A program made the position numbers and the translations under genes. DNA of 64,000 nt from Minisyncoccota bacterium (GTDB taxonomy: Bacteria; Patescibacteriota; Minisyncoccia; Phycocordibacterales; GCA-2747955): the NCBI GenBank assembly GCA_020628915.1, contig JAHDEI010000003.1:1859-65858 (forward strand). Direction: 5' to 3'. Below, piece by piece: positions 35,734 to 44,661 of this stretch; positions within the stretch are counted from its first letter, which is position 1, and each line of letters begins with the position of its first letter. The notes beneath the pieces were generated by a model. The model worked only from the letters and a program-made list of their open reading frames with translations, was not told the origin of the DNA and did not search any database.

Positions 35734-37710
35734 ATGAAACTTAATCCCAAGCAGCAAGAGGCAGCATCAATCCTATCCGGCCCCGTTTTGGTATTGGCTG
35801 GTGCCGGCGCAGGAAAAACAAAGACACTAACCGAGCGAATTATTCGCTTGATTGAGTCAGGGGTCATGCCACAACATATTTTGGCGATTACATTTACTAA
35901 TAAGGCGGCTATGGAAATGAAAGATCGGGTACACACTGCAATCAAAAACAATCCCAAACTACAGTTTCCAGTATTTGAAGAAGGCTTTGTCCCATTTGTT
36001 TCTACCTTTCATGCACTCGGGGTAACAATTCTTCGCGAGCAATACAAAGTTTTGGGTGTTTCAAAATATTTTTCAATTTATGACAGACAAGACTCACGTC
36101 GTGCCATCAAAGAGGCGGTGAAGAAAAACGATCTTGATCCAAAGGCGTGGGACACAAAAAAAATTCTTTCATTTATTTCAAAAAACAAAGGGAACGGAAA
36201 GAGGCTGGCAGATATAAACATGGAGGAAGATTCGTCATATCACCGGGATACCATGATTGCCATTTGGCGATCCTACGAAGCGATCAAGAGAGAGGATAAT
36301 GCGTATGATTTTGATGACCTCTTGCTTGAGACGGCGTATTTACTCAGAACAAACGAGCAAGTCAGAGAGCATTATCTGCGTCGGTGGAGCCATATCCACA
36401 TTGATGAATACCAGGATACAAACAAGGTTCAATATCAGATTGTTCGTGCTCTCACCAACAAGGAAACTAACGACATTTTTGCAGTAGGAGACCCAGACCA
36501 GCTGATTTATGGATGGCGAGGGGCAAAGATTTCAAATATTATGCGATTTGAAAAAGACTTTCCGGGAACCGTATCCGTAATCCTCGAGCAAAATTATCGT
36601 TCTACTAAATACATTATTGATGCATCAAACGCGGTTATTGAGAAAAATGAAAATAGGTTTCCTAAAAAGTTGTTTACTGAAAATGATCAAGGAGATTCGG
36701 TTGGAGTATATGCGGCATACGATGCAGCAGAAGAGGCAACATGGATTACTGAGAATATTCAAAATAAAATTAACGAGGGCGTAGATCCGGGTGAGATTGC
36801 GGTTTTGTATCGAGCAAATTTCCAGTCTCGAATTTTGGAAGAAGCATGTCTTAAAAATGATATTCCTTATCAAGTGTTAGGAACAAAATTTTATGATCGA
36901 GCAGAGGTAAAAGATGTTCTCGCCTATGTCCAGGCTGCATTGAGTCCAGATTCATTGATTCACGTAAAGCGTGTGATTAACATGCCAAAGAGGTCGCTTG
37001 GTAAGACTTCAGTTTTGAAAATTTTTGCTGGCAAAGAAGATGAATTAACACCACGAGCAAAAAAATCTCTTGAGCAGTTTAGAGAAATTCTCTCAAACAT
37101 TAAACAATTTATTGATAATGGCTATCCTCCTAGTGAGGTCATCTCACATGTAATTGCAGTTTCTGGGATGGAAAAAATGTTCCGCGACTCTAAAAAGGAG
37201 GAAGACCTCGAGAGGATCGCAAACATGTATGAGCTTTCTGAAGTTGCATCAAAATACGATACGTTTCCTCCAGAAGATGGCCTTATGAGATTTTTAGAGG
37301 AGGTTGCTCTTGCTTCAGACCAGGATTCAAAAGATGATTCCAAGCCAATGGTCAAACTGATGACCATTCATGCTGCCAAAGGACTTGAGTTTGATACTGT
37401 TTTTGTTTCAGGATGTGAAGAATCTTTATTCACGCCGCAACCTGGTTTGGATCAAAAAGCTAGCGATGAAAAAGCCGAAGAAGAAAGGAGGCTTTTCTAC
37501 GTAGCAATGACACGAGCAAAAAACAAATTATATTTGTCGTGGGCGTCAGTCCGTATGGTATATGGATCTCAAGAAGTCAATTTAATTTCATCATTTATTT
37601 TAGATATTCCAGAAGAATGTTTAAGTGAAGAAAACGTTGGATTCTCATTTACCAATAATCGACTGATGGGTGACGATGACGAAGAGGCGATCATCTATCT
37701 TGATTTTTAA
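35734..37710 (+). CDS. UvrD/PcrA/Rep-family ATP-dependent DNA helicase.
   Basis: Motif I LVLAGAGAGKTKTLTERI and the ILAITFTNKAAMEM box. DEYQDTN (Walker B / motif II), VGDPDQLIYGWRGA, YRS, and C-terminal TIHAAKGLEFDTVFVSG plus LFYVAMTRAK. Confidence 0.85.
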   Translation: MKLNPKQQEAASILSGPVLVLAGAGAGKTKTLTERIIRLIESGVMPQHILAITFTNKAAMEMKDRVHTAIKNNPKLQFPVFEEGFVPFVSTFHALGVTILREQYKVLGVSKYFSIYDRQDSRRAIKEAVKKNDLDPKAWDTKKILSFISKNKGNGKRLADINMEEDSSYHRDTMIAIWRSYEAIKREDNAYDFDDLLLETAYLLRTNEQVREHYLRRWSHIHIDEYQDTNKVQYQIVRALTNKETNDIFAVGDPDQLIYGWRGAKISNIMRFEKDFPGTVSVILEQNYRSTKYIIDASNAVIEKNENRFPKKLFTENDQGDSVGVYAAYDAAEEATWITENIQNKINEGVDPGEIAVLYRANFQSRILEEACLKNDIPYQVLGTKFYDRAEVKDVLAYVQAALSPDSLIHVKRVINMPKRSLGKTSVLKIFAGKEDELTPRAKKSLEQFREILSNIKQFIDNGYPPSEVISHVIAVSGMEKMFRDSKKEEDLERIANMYELSEVASKYDTFPPEDGLMRFLEEVALASDQDSKDDSKPMVKLMTIHAAKGLEFDTVFVSGCEESLFTPQPGLDQKASDEKAEEERRLFYVAMTRAKNKLYLSWASVRMVYGSQEVNLISSFILDIPEECLSEENVGFSFTNNRLMGDDDEEAIIYLDF

Positions 37711-37762
37711 AAAGAGCCAAGGTATCATTTCGCCTTTGGTTCTTTAAAAACAAGAGGAAAGT

Positions 37763-38194
37763 ATGCCTAAAATGAAAAGAAGTCCGTCTGTGCACGATTC
37801 ATATGCACGTGTACTACGTTACACTTCGAACCATCCTGAATTTGGTGACATGACCCAAATGCAACAGGATAGGCAATTCGTGCCCGGCGGCTATTATTTG
37901 TGTGAGACCTTCAAAGGAGAGCCAGATATGGTTGGCCTTCGTCTCAATCAACATGCGCGCGCACAAATTTTTGCCAGCGAAGACGTTTGTCTCTTCAAAT
38001 CTGGTGAGACTGTAGTATTGAACATCGAGGCAGGCACAGAGCAATCTTTTAGAAAAGGAGAGCAGTACGTGATCAGTGGTTTTAATTACCGTACGGGCCT
38101 TGTTGAGCTTAGAAATAGTGGAGGCGAACGAGGATGGTATCCGTTTACTGGTGTCGTTCTCCCTCAAAAAGAAGTTGCGCAAGAAGTAGCCTAG
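37763..38194 (+). CDS. Hypothetical protein (143 aa).
   Basis: GAGGAAAG ribosome-binding site. A terminator (agctcccc-gcga-gggagctttt) follows at 38197-38226. Confidence 0.45.
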   Translation: MPKMKRSPSVHDSYARVLRYTSNHPEFGDMTQMQQDRQFVPGGYYLCETFKGEPDMVGLRLNQHARAQIFASEDVCLFKSGETVVLNIEAGTEQSFRKGEQYVISGFNYRTGLVELRNSGGERGWYPFTGVVLPQKEVAQEVA

Positions 38195-38520
38195 TAAAAG
38201 CTCCCCGCGAGGGAGCTTTTTAAATTTAAATTTTTTTTTGTATAGTGAATAATAGAACGTTACGGGAGACACGAATGTTTCGTACTTTATTATCCAAAAT
38301 GCGTGCTGCCAATGACCAGGGTGAGTCAAGCGACTCTTATAAAAAAATGACGGTCATTAAAGAGCAACAGTTTGATTTTGAGTTGCCAGTGGGTAGTGTC
38401 GTATATGCGCGTAAAATTAAGGGTGGGTATGATGTTATGGGTTATCAAGAGCCATTCCCATCCTCTTCACTTAAACAATGCCCCTCTTAGGGGTATTTTT
38501 TGTTGGTATAATCGTGACTA

Positions 38521-39331
38521 TATGAAGTACGCAAAAAAGCATTTAGGGCAGAATTTTCTTAAATCAAAGCGAGCAGTTGACGCAATGATTGATGCGGTTG
38601 CTGTACTGCCAGGGGAAACAGTCTTAGAAATTGGTCCAGGTCGCGGAGCACTGACAGGTCCGATCTTAGAAACAGGCGCGCGTGTTGTAGCGATTGAGAA
38701 AGATCCAGAGATGATTCATTTGTTGGAAGAAAAATTTTCGACAGAAATTGCTGGCGGACAATTGGTCATAATAGAAGGAGATGTCCTGCAGGATTCATTA
38801 TCAGATCACGGACTCGTTCATCAGGAATATTCTGTGATCGCAAACATCCCGTATTACATTACGGGGGCAATCATTCGGATGCTTCTTGAGTCAGATAGTC
38901 ACCCTCGTGCAATATCACTTTTGGTCCAAAAAGAAGTTGCTGAACGTATTACGGGAAGAGAGACGAAAAAACAAAAAGAGAGCATTCTGTCACTTTCTGT
39001 TAAAGCGTACGGGACAGCACAATATGTTATGAGCGTTGGTGCCAAATCATTTTCTCCACCGCCGAAAGTTGATTCAGCTATTATTGCGATCAGAGATATC
39101 TCGAAAGAACAATTTGTTCAGTCGGGGGTATCTGAGAATCAATTTTTCTCGCTAGTAAAACAAGGATTCGCTCAAAAAAGAAAAACACTATTAAATAACC
39201 TGAAGCAAGCTGGGTATGACACAGAACCAATAAAGGCATTTTTGTCTGAGCAGAATCTGGATTCAAGAATCCGAGCTGAAGACCTCCAGATAGACCATTG
39301 GTTTTGGTTAGCAAAACATTTAGGAAAATAA
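38521..39331 (+). CDS. rsmA: 16S rRNA (adenine1518/1519-N6)-dimethyltransferase.
   Basis: KKHLGQNFL...SAM-binding motif VLEIGPGRGALT...NIPYYIT. Start at the ATG at 38521, after a TATAAT at 38506. The track ORF 38372.. is an upstream extension. Confidence 0.85.
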
Positions 39332-39333
39332 AA

Positions 39334-39370
39334 AGTCCGCCACCAAAGGGAGCGGACTTATTTTTATCGC
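39334..39370. terminator. Bidirectional terminator between rsmA and the convergent lipoprotein gene.
   Basis: aaaagtccgcc-accaaagggag-cggactt-atttttat. Confidence 0.7.
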
Positions 39371-39945
39371 CTGTGCATTGCCTGTGTTGCTCGGACCTTC
39401 GTTACACCATCTTTGATAAAGACGGTGACATAAACCGAGAATGCCGGATTGGTGACCCGATTGTTCTCGGGACAAATTGGCATCTGGTACGGTAGCACGA
39501 ACGGTTCAGATACGCCTGCAACAGTTGTTGCCTCTATACCTATCCGGTCGCCCGGATTTGCATATTGTATGGCTGCTTCGTTGCGGCCATCTCCGTACGG
39601 CGGCTGGTTATAGCCCGGACCAAAATTATCATCAAATCCACCCCGAACCGGACGTAGACCACGATTAATCTCATTGACGTGGAGATTTGCATCACCAGGA
39701 GTGGCGATGTTCACCTCACGTATAAAGTACGGACAGCGTCCGTTACGAACGTGGTCGTTCAGTCCCCGGTTGCTGTAGCGCTCAAAACCGTAAGGCTTGC
39801 CGCTGGGCGAGGGATCAAAATTCTTGGCGTCTTTGTATCCGAATCCTGCTGACTTTGTCCCATCCGAATTTGGATCAGGTGGGGTTGCGCATGCAGATAT
39901 TGTCAACGCAAGCGTTGCACAAATCAATAGTTTTTTAGATGTCAT
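39364..39945 (-). CDS. Lipoprotein, hypothetical (193 aa).
   Basis: GAAAGGAGG ribosome-binding site. Signal peptide with lipobox LTISAC. Confidence 0.55.
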   Translation of the reverse strand: MTSKKLLICATLALTISACATPPDPNSDGTKSAGFGYKDAKNFDPSPSGKPYGFERYSNRGLNDHVRNGRCPYFIREVNIATPGDANLHVNEINRGLRPVRGGFDDNFGPGYNQPPYGDGRNEAAIQYANPGDRIGIEATTVAGVSEPFVLPYQMPICPENNRVTNPAFSVYVTVFIKDGVTKVRATQAMHRR

Positions 39946-40039
39946 GAGACACCTCCTTTCAAATTATTGCCTTAATAAAAAAGACAGATTGCAAACTGTC
40001 TAAATTATATTTATTTTATACAGTATTGTCAAATTGTAC

Positions 40040-40597
40040 TTAAATAGCACTAGACCCGTGAAACAAAATCAATAGTCCAGATGGTACAGCAGGGTGAGGA
40101 CATGCCCCCGCTGGACAAGGAACCATACATGGGATTGGTGTTACAGCGGCTTTTCCAAGCATGCTTTGTCCTAGAGTACGAGGTGGTCCTGCGCTAAAAG
40201 AAATTGAACCTGGTCCATACAAGAACGCTCCGCCGCGTGGAGGTCCAATAATAAGAGGGTAGTGTCCGGAAACACAACCAGCCGGAGGAGGAGAAATAAA
40301 AGTGATTTTGCCACCAAAGTCATAGGTTGTTGGGTTAGGGGCACCACTGAGGATGAGGCTCCCAATTGCAATACCTGCTCCAATTCCAAGAACCACGTCT
40401 CCGGTATCGATCCCGCCACTAGAATTATTTTCTGTATTTTGGTTAGAGTTTGGTGTGGTTGTGGCCGTTGTTGTGTCGTTTTGTTCGTCTTCTGTGAGTA
40501 TCGGCTCTACAATAGATTGTGCAACTAGAGATAGTGGAAAAAAGACAAGCAAGAGAGATGCTATTAAAGAGAATAGAGGTGACGTCATCGACTTCAT
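40040..40597 (-). CDS. Secreted Gly/Pro-rich hypothetical protein.
   Basis: Signal peptide MKSMTSPLFSLIASLLLVFFPLSLVAQS. A T/N-rich linker. A Cys-containing Gly/Pro-rich C-terminus. Confidence 0.45.
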   Translation of the reverse strand: MKSMTSPLFSLIASLLLVFFPLSLVAQSIVEPILTEDEQNDTTTATTTPNSNQNTENNSSGGIDTGDVVLGIGAGIAIGSLILSGAPNPTTYDFGGKITFISPPPAGCVSGHYPLIIGPPRGGAFLYGPGSISFSAGPPRTLGQSMLGKAAVTPIPCMVPCPAGACPHPAVPSGLLILFHGSSAI

Positions 40598-40631
40598 ACG
40601 AAAATTCTAGCACACATGCTACAATTTTTTT

Positions 40632-41561
40632 ATGAAGTACTCCAAAGAAGAAGAAATTTACGACCGAGTAAAACGAAAGGAAAAGACAAGTGCCTTTCTT
40701 AGACCTCTAATGAAATTTTTATTGTGGGCAGCTTTTGTCTGTATTTGTCTTTGGGGGCTCTACTACTGGTTCTCTTCTTTTAAGAACACTAAAACATATA
40801 CCCCTAGTGAGGAAACTGTGTTGACTGTTGCTGAGCAAAGAGTGCTGGATTCAGATGGAGATGGACTCGAAGATTGGCAAGAAGATTTATATGGCACTAG
40901 TAATAAATTGCGTGACACTGATGGAGATGGTTTGTTGGACGGTCAAGAGGTTGCACTGGGTTATGACCCAAATTATTACGGAGAAGGTCTTCTTGATGGA
41001 GATGTTTTGCCGCAAAAAAAAGTTTTTGAGGACTATGTTTTTGAGTCTACAAATTCACAAAGTTCATTTAATTTTGATCCTGTGACTAATAGCTTTTTAC
41101 AAAATTCTGGAGACGATGAGGTAAAAAAAATCATCAAACAGTCAGTGAATGTGCTTGGTGCGATCATTGGAAAACACTCGTTTGCAGACATGCAGAATGT
41201 AGATTTATTTGGCTCTCTGTTTGTTAAAGATCTGACAACTTCACAAATCTCTGATTTACGTTCTGTGGTTGATGCATACCGTACTATTGCTGAGGAGATT
41301 GGGTCACTTAATTATCATGTCACAGTTGACATGGAGGCTCGGAGACTGCAACAAAGTTACGAAAATGTTGCGGGGTTACTCGAAAAGCTGATTGACGGAC
41401 AATCAATAAGTTCCCAGCAATACCAAGACCTTCTATTGGCATACACAACAGCGGTTACCGAGCAGCAAAATGCATTAGTTGCAGTCCATAGGATCGTGAC
41501 CGCACATGGCATTAAATATATTTCTACTGAACCAGGCTCTTTCTTTCTCTTTGAATTGTAG
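40632..41561 (+). CDS. Membrane-anchored protein with thrombospondin-type-3-like calcium-binding repeats (DxDxDG). Paralog A.
   Basis: N-terminal TM helix, then DSDGDGLEDWQED and DTDGDGLLDGQEVALGYDP motifs. Confidence 0.5.
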   Translation: MKYSKEEEIYDRVKRKEKTSAFLRPLMKFLLWAAFVCICLWGLYYWFSSFKNTKTYTPSEETVLTVAEQRVLDSDGDGLEDWQEDLYGTSNKLRDTDGDGLLDGQEVALGYDPNYYGEGLLDGDVLPQKKVFEDYVFESTNSQSSFNFDPVTNSFLQNSGDDEVKKIIKQSVNVLGAIIGKHSFADMQNVDLFGSLFVKDLTTSQISDLRSVVDAYRTIAEEIGSLNYHVTVDMEARRLQQSYENVAGLLEKLIDGQSISSQQYQDLLLAYTTAVTEQQNALVAVHRIVTAHGIKYISTEPGSFFLFEL

Positions 41562-41615
41562 TGTGCACAAATATGCTTTGTTTAGCTAGGTAGTTTTGGG
41601 TATGATAGATACATC

Positions 41616-42557
41616 ATGAATGATTTTTTGCCAAGCAGAAAGGTTATTGCTTTTGTGCTCATTCCTATCCTCACTATTTTTGCGGTGTGGAGTGTTATTG
41701 AATTCTACAAGACACCAATTACCGTTGTTCCTGATGAGAACCCGCTACAGGTAGCATTACTTGAAGGTCAAATTGAATTTCAAAACCAAGACACTGACGG
41801 CGACGGCCTTAAAGACTGGGAAGAATTTTTATACCAAACTGACGAGACCAATCCCGACACTGATGGGGATGGATCAACAGACGGGGCAGAAGTCCAAAAA
41901 GGGTTTGATCCACTTTTTGCGGGTAACGGAACGAGTACCGAAGGTGTAACGGCGAGCTCAGAGAGCGGGTTTGTGTTTTATAAAGACGACCCTACCTTGA
42001 ACAAAACAGATGTCTTGGCCCGAGATTTGTTTATTGGTGTTACTGAGTTATCAAAAGCAGAAGCAGTAGGAACAAATATCCAAGATGGTGTTATTCAGCG
42101 CATCATTGACGAGACCACAACAGCAGACAGTATTTTAAAATATGATCGAGAAGATTTGTCGATAGTTGCTGACTCTTTTTCTGCAAAAAACTTATACAGA
42201 CAACAATACCAAGCGGCAACCCAGACGCTTTCAGGGGTATCTTTTTATGAACTGGAATTGATGTCTCGTGCAGTTGAAGAGGGGGATGAGACAGCATTAG
42301 TTGAGCTGGGGAAGAATGGAGCGGCATATGTTGCATTTGCAGAAGCGCTTCGCGGAGTGAAGGTCCCAGAGTCAATTTCGCAAGTACACTTAGAGCTAAT
42401 AAACAACCTCTTAATCATGGCTGAATCCATCTCTCAGATGCAAGGTGTAGAAGAAGACCCTCTTAACGTAATTGTTTACTCAGACAAATTCTTGGAGGAC
42501 GAAGGATTAGTAGAAAAGAACTTGGATGCGATTTCATTGTATTTTAATCGCAATTAG
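41616..42557 (+). CDS. Membrane-anchored protein with TSP3-like repeats. Paralog B.
   Basis: N-terminal TM helix, then DTDGDGLKDWEEFLYQTDETNPDTDGDGSTDGAEVQKGFDP motifs. Same architecture as the product of 40632..41561. Confidence 0.5.
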   Translation: MNDFLPSRKVIAFVLIPILTIFAVWSVIEFYKTPITVVPDENPLQVALLEGQIEFQNQDTDGDGLKDWEEFLYQTDETNPDTDGDGSTDGAEVQKGFDPLFAGNGTSTEGVTASSESGFVFYKDDPTLNKTDVLARDLFIGVTELSKAEAVGTNIQDGVIQRIIDETTTADSILKYDREDLSIVADSFSAKNLYRQQYQAATQTLSGVSFYELELMSRAVEEGDETALVELGKNGAAYVAFAEALRGVKVPESISQVHLELINNLLIMAESISQMQGVEEDPLNVIVYSDKFLEDEGLVEKNLDAISLYFNRN

Positions 42558-42574
42558 CTATAATCGAATTATCT

Positions 42575-44284
42575 ATGGCCCTATCATTTAAACATGCAAT
42601 TATCGGATTAATTATTGCTGCGGTGGCAGGTGCTTCTATTTTTGTATTAAGACCAACTCCGGCAAGTGCTGGATTTTCAGAGTGTTTGACTGCAGCAGGT
42701 CTAGGTAAGGTTGTCTCAATTGCAGGGAAAGCAACAAAGGTGCAAACACAGGATGATGTCACCAACATCGCAACGACAGGTTCAGTCGCAAAAGAGTGTG
42801 TTTTAGACGGTATTGGGCTTGCTCTTCGTGAGGCGCTTATTCGAAAAATTACTTCTTCGACGATTGAGTGGATCAACTCTGGATTTGAAGGGTCTCCTGC
42901 CTTCGTCACTGATGTAGATGATTTTCTGGTTGATGCAGCCGATGAGGCATTTGGTGATTTCATTTATCAAGACGCAAACTTTGCACATCTTTGTTCGCCA
43001 TGGGAATTTGACATTAGATTTGCCTTAGCCCTTTCGTACTCACAGGTTGAGAGACCGCGTTGTACACTCTCTGACATTGTAGATAATGTCGAGACTGCTA
43101 TTGATGATCTGTCAGTTGAATGGGATTGGGAAGTATTCCAAGCAGTGACAACCGAATCAGGTGGAAACCCGATTACATCATTTATTCAGGTGTCTGAAGA
43201 TCTATCGAACGTAATCGAATCAACTACCGGACAAAAGGTTGATGACCTCAACCGGGGTGGAGGGTTCTTGTCGTTCCAACACTGTAAAGACGCAAATGAT
43301 CGATATAATCTTTATTCATCACAACAAGACTTGTCAGGTTTTTCACCCGAAGATTGTGAAATTGCCACACCAGGTTCAATTATTAGGCAGGGATTGTCTG
43401 ATAACTTGAACGCTGATCTAGAACGACTGACTATTGCAGATGAGTTTGACGAGATTATTGGTGCTTTGATGGGGCAATTGTTCCAACAGGCACTTGGTCG
43501 TGATGGTGTTCGTGGACTTTCCGCACGAAGTGGGGGTTCAACTTCTTTTATTGATCAATACCGACAAGATGCTGCAGGGGCTGGCCAACAAGGAGCTCAA
43601 GACCTTGGTTCAGCTGTTGGATCATTCTCAGAGAATGCTACTCAATACATAGGACTGCAAAATACAAAAATTCAAGAATTGCTTGCTGCAAAAATCGCGG
43701 TGTCTGAGGCATATAATTGTTATGACTCAAAATACAATACATGGGTAGACGCAACAGGAACAGTTATTGATCCACAAAACGTAGTAAATGTTCCAGAGGC
43801 AGATCGTGCACGGGCAACATTCTTGTCACAAGTTCCCCTACAATTTAGAGGATTTACATATAATGTTCTTACGCCTGAGACCTCACTGGCAAAATCACAA
43901 GAGTTTAAAGCAATTTTGGATCGAATTGACGCTGACCTTCTCACTACCGAGTCAGAATTGAATCAAGCACAACAGACTCTTGCTTTGACACAAAATTATG
44001 AAAATAGGCTTGCAGCAACGACAGATGTGGCGCAGACACAACTAATTTACCAAGAGTTCTCAAACGCAATTGGAAATCAAAACGTTGATCCAGTTCTTGC
44101 ACAAGTATCCCTTGAAAACATTCGAGCATACATCGACCAGGCCGTTAATGGCAGCATCACTTTTGTTGGCGGATCACAGGTTAGACAAGGAGGAGCAACC
44201 CAAGAACTAGCAACATGTCAGAGCTACAATCAAGTTTCGATTCCGAATTTAACAGCCACAACATCTACAACAACTAGTCCGTAA
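42575..44284 (+). CDS. Secreted hypothetical protein (569 aa).
   Basis: Signal peptide ending ASAG. Acidic and rich in Q/S/T. No recognisable catalytic motif. Confidence 0.5.
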   Translation: MALSFKHAIIGLIIAAVAGASIFVLRPTPASAGFSECLTAAGLGKVVSIAGKATKVQTQDDVTNIATTGSVAKECVLDGIGLALREALIRKITSSTIEWINSGFEGSPAFVTDVDDFLVDAADEAFGDFIYQDANFAHLCSPWEFDIRFALALSYSQVERPRCTLSDIVDNVETAIDDLSVEWDWEVFQAVTTESGGNPITSFIQVSEDLSNVIESTTGQKVDDLNRGGGFLSFQHCKDANDRYNLYSSQQDLSGFSPEDCEIATPGSIIRQGLSDNLNADLERLTIADEFDEIIGALMGQLFQQALGRDGVRGLSARSGGSTSFIDQYRQDAAGAGQQGAQDLGSAVGSFSENATQYIGLQNTKIQELLAAKIAVSEAYNCYDSKYNTWVDATGTVIDPQNVVNVPEADRARATFLSQVPLQFRGFTYNVLTPETSLAKSQEFKAILDRIDADLLTTESELNQAQQTLALTQNYENRLAATTDVAQTQLIYQEFSNAIGNQNVDPVLAQVSLENIRAYIDQAVNGSITFVGGSQVRQGGATQELATCQSYNQVSIPNLTATTSTTTSP

Positions 44285-44393
44285 TAATCAACAAAAGCCG
44301 GCCCTATGGGCCGGCTTTTATGCTACGATAAATCTATCGAATACAGGTGGTATATTTGACATATATCAAATTATTTATATAATATAATTAGCT

Positions 44394-44660
44394 ATGGATG
44401 AAAAACAATTGCAAGCATATGGACAAAGAATAGGTGCGGCACTCTCCGAGTGGGATGTTCCAGAAGATTTTAAATTAGCGTTTTTAGAACTATTGCCTTC
44501 ACTCACCATTGATCAAATTGATTCATTGCGTGAATCAATCGAAGAAAGAGTTGTTGAACAAACAGCAATTGAACAAACATCAGAGTACCAAGCGAGTATG
44601 GTTGAACTAAATAAAGCAGCAATCAAAGATATTGATAATTTATTAGCTGATATTAAATAA
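44394..44660 (+). CDS. Small acidic hypothetical protein (88 aa).
   Basis: Promoter with TTGACA (44357) and TATAtAAT. It ends 2 nt before the start of the 806-aa gene, so the two are probably co-translated. Confidence 0.4.
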   Translation: MDEKQLQAYGQRIGAALSEWDVPEDFKLAFLELLPSLTIDQIDSLRESIEERVVEQTAIEQTSEYQASMVELNKAAIKDIDNLLADIK

Positions 44661-44661
44661 T

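Noticed and set aside
38275-38490. Small ORF (MFRTLLSKMRAANDQGESS...) between the hypothetical gene 37763..38194 and rsmA.
   Set aside because: It is possibly real, since a GGGAGA ribosome-binding site is present. But it is short and has no motif, and its stop lies inside the hairpin that precedes the rsmA promoter. It is not listed as a feature. It could instead be a leader peptide.
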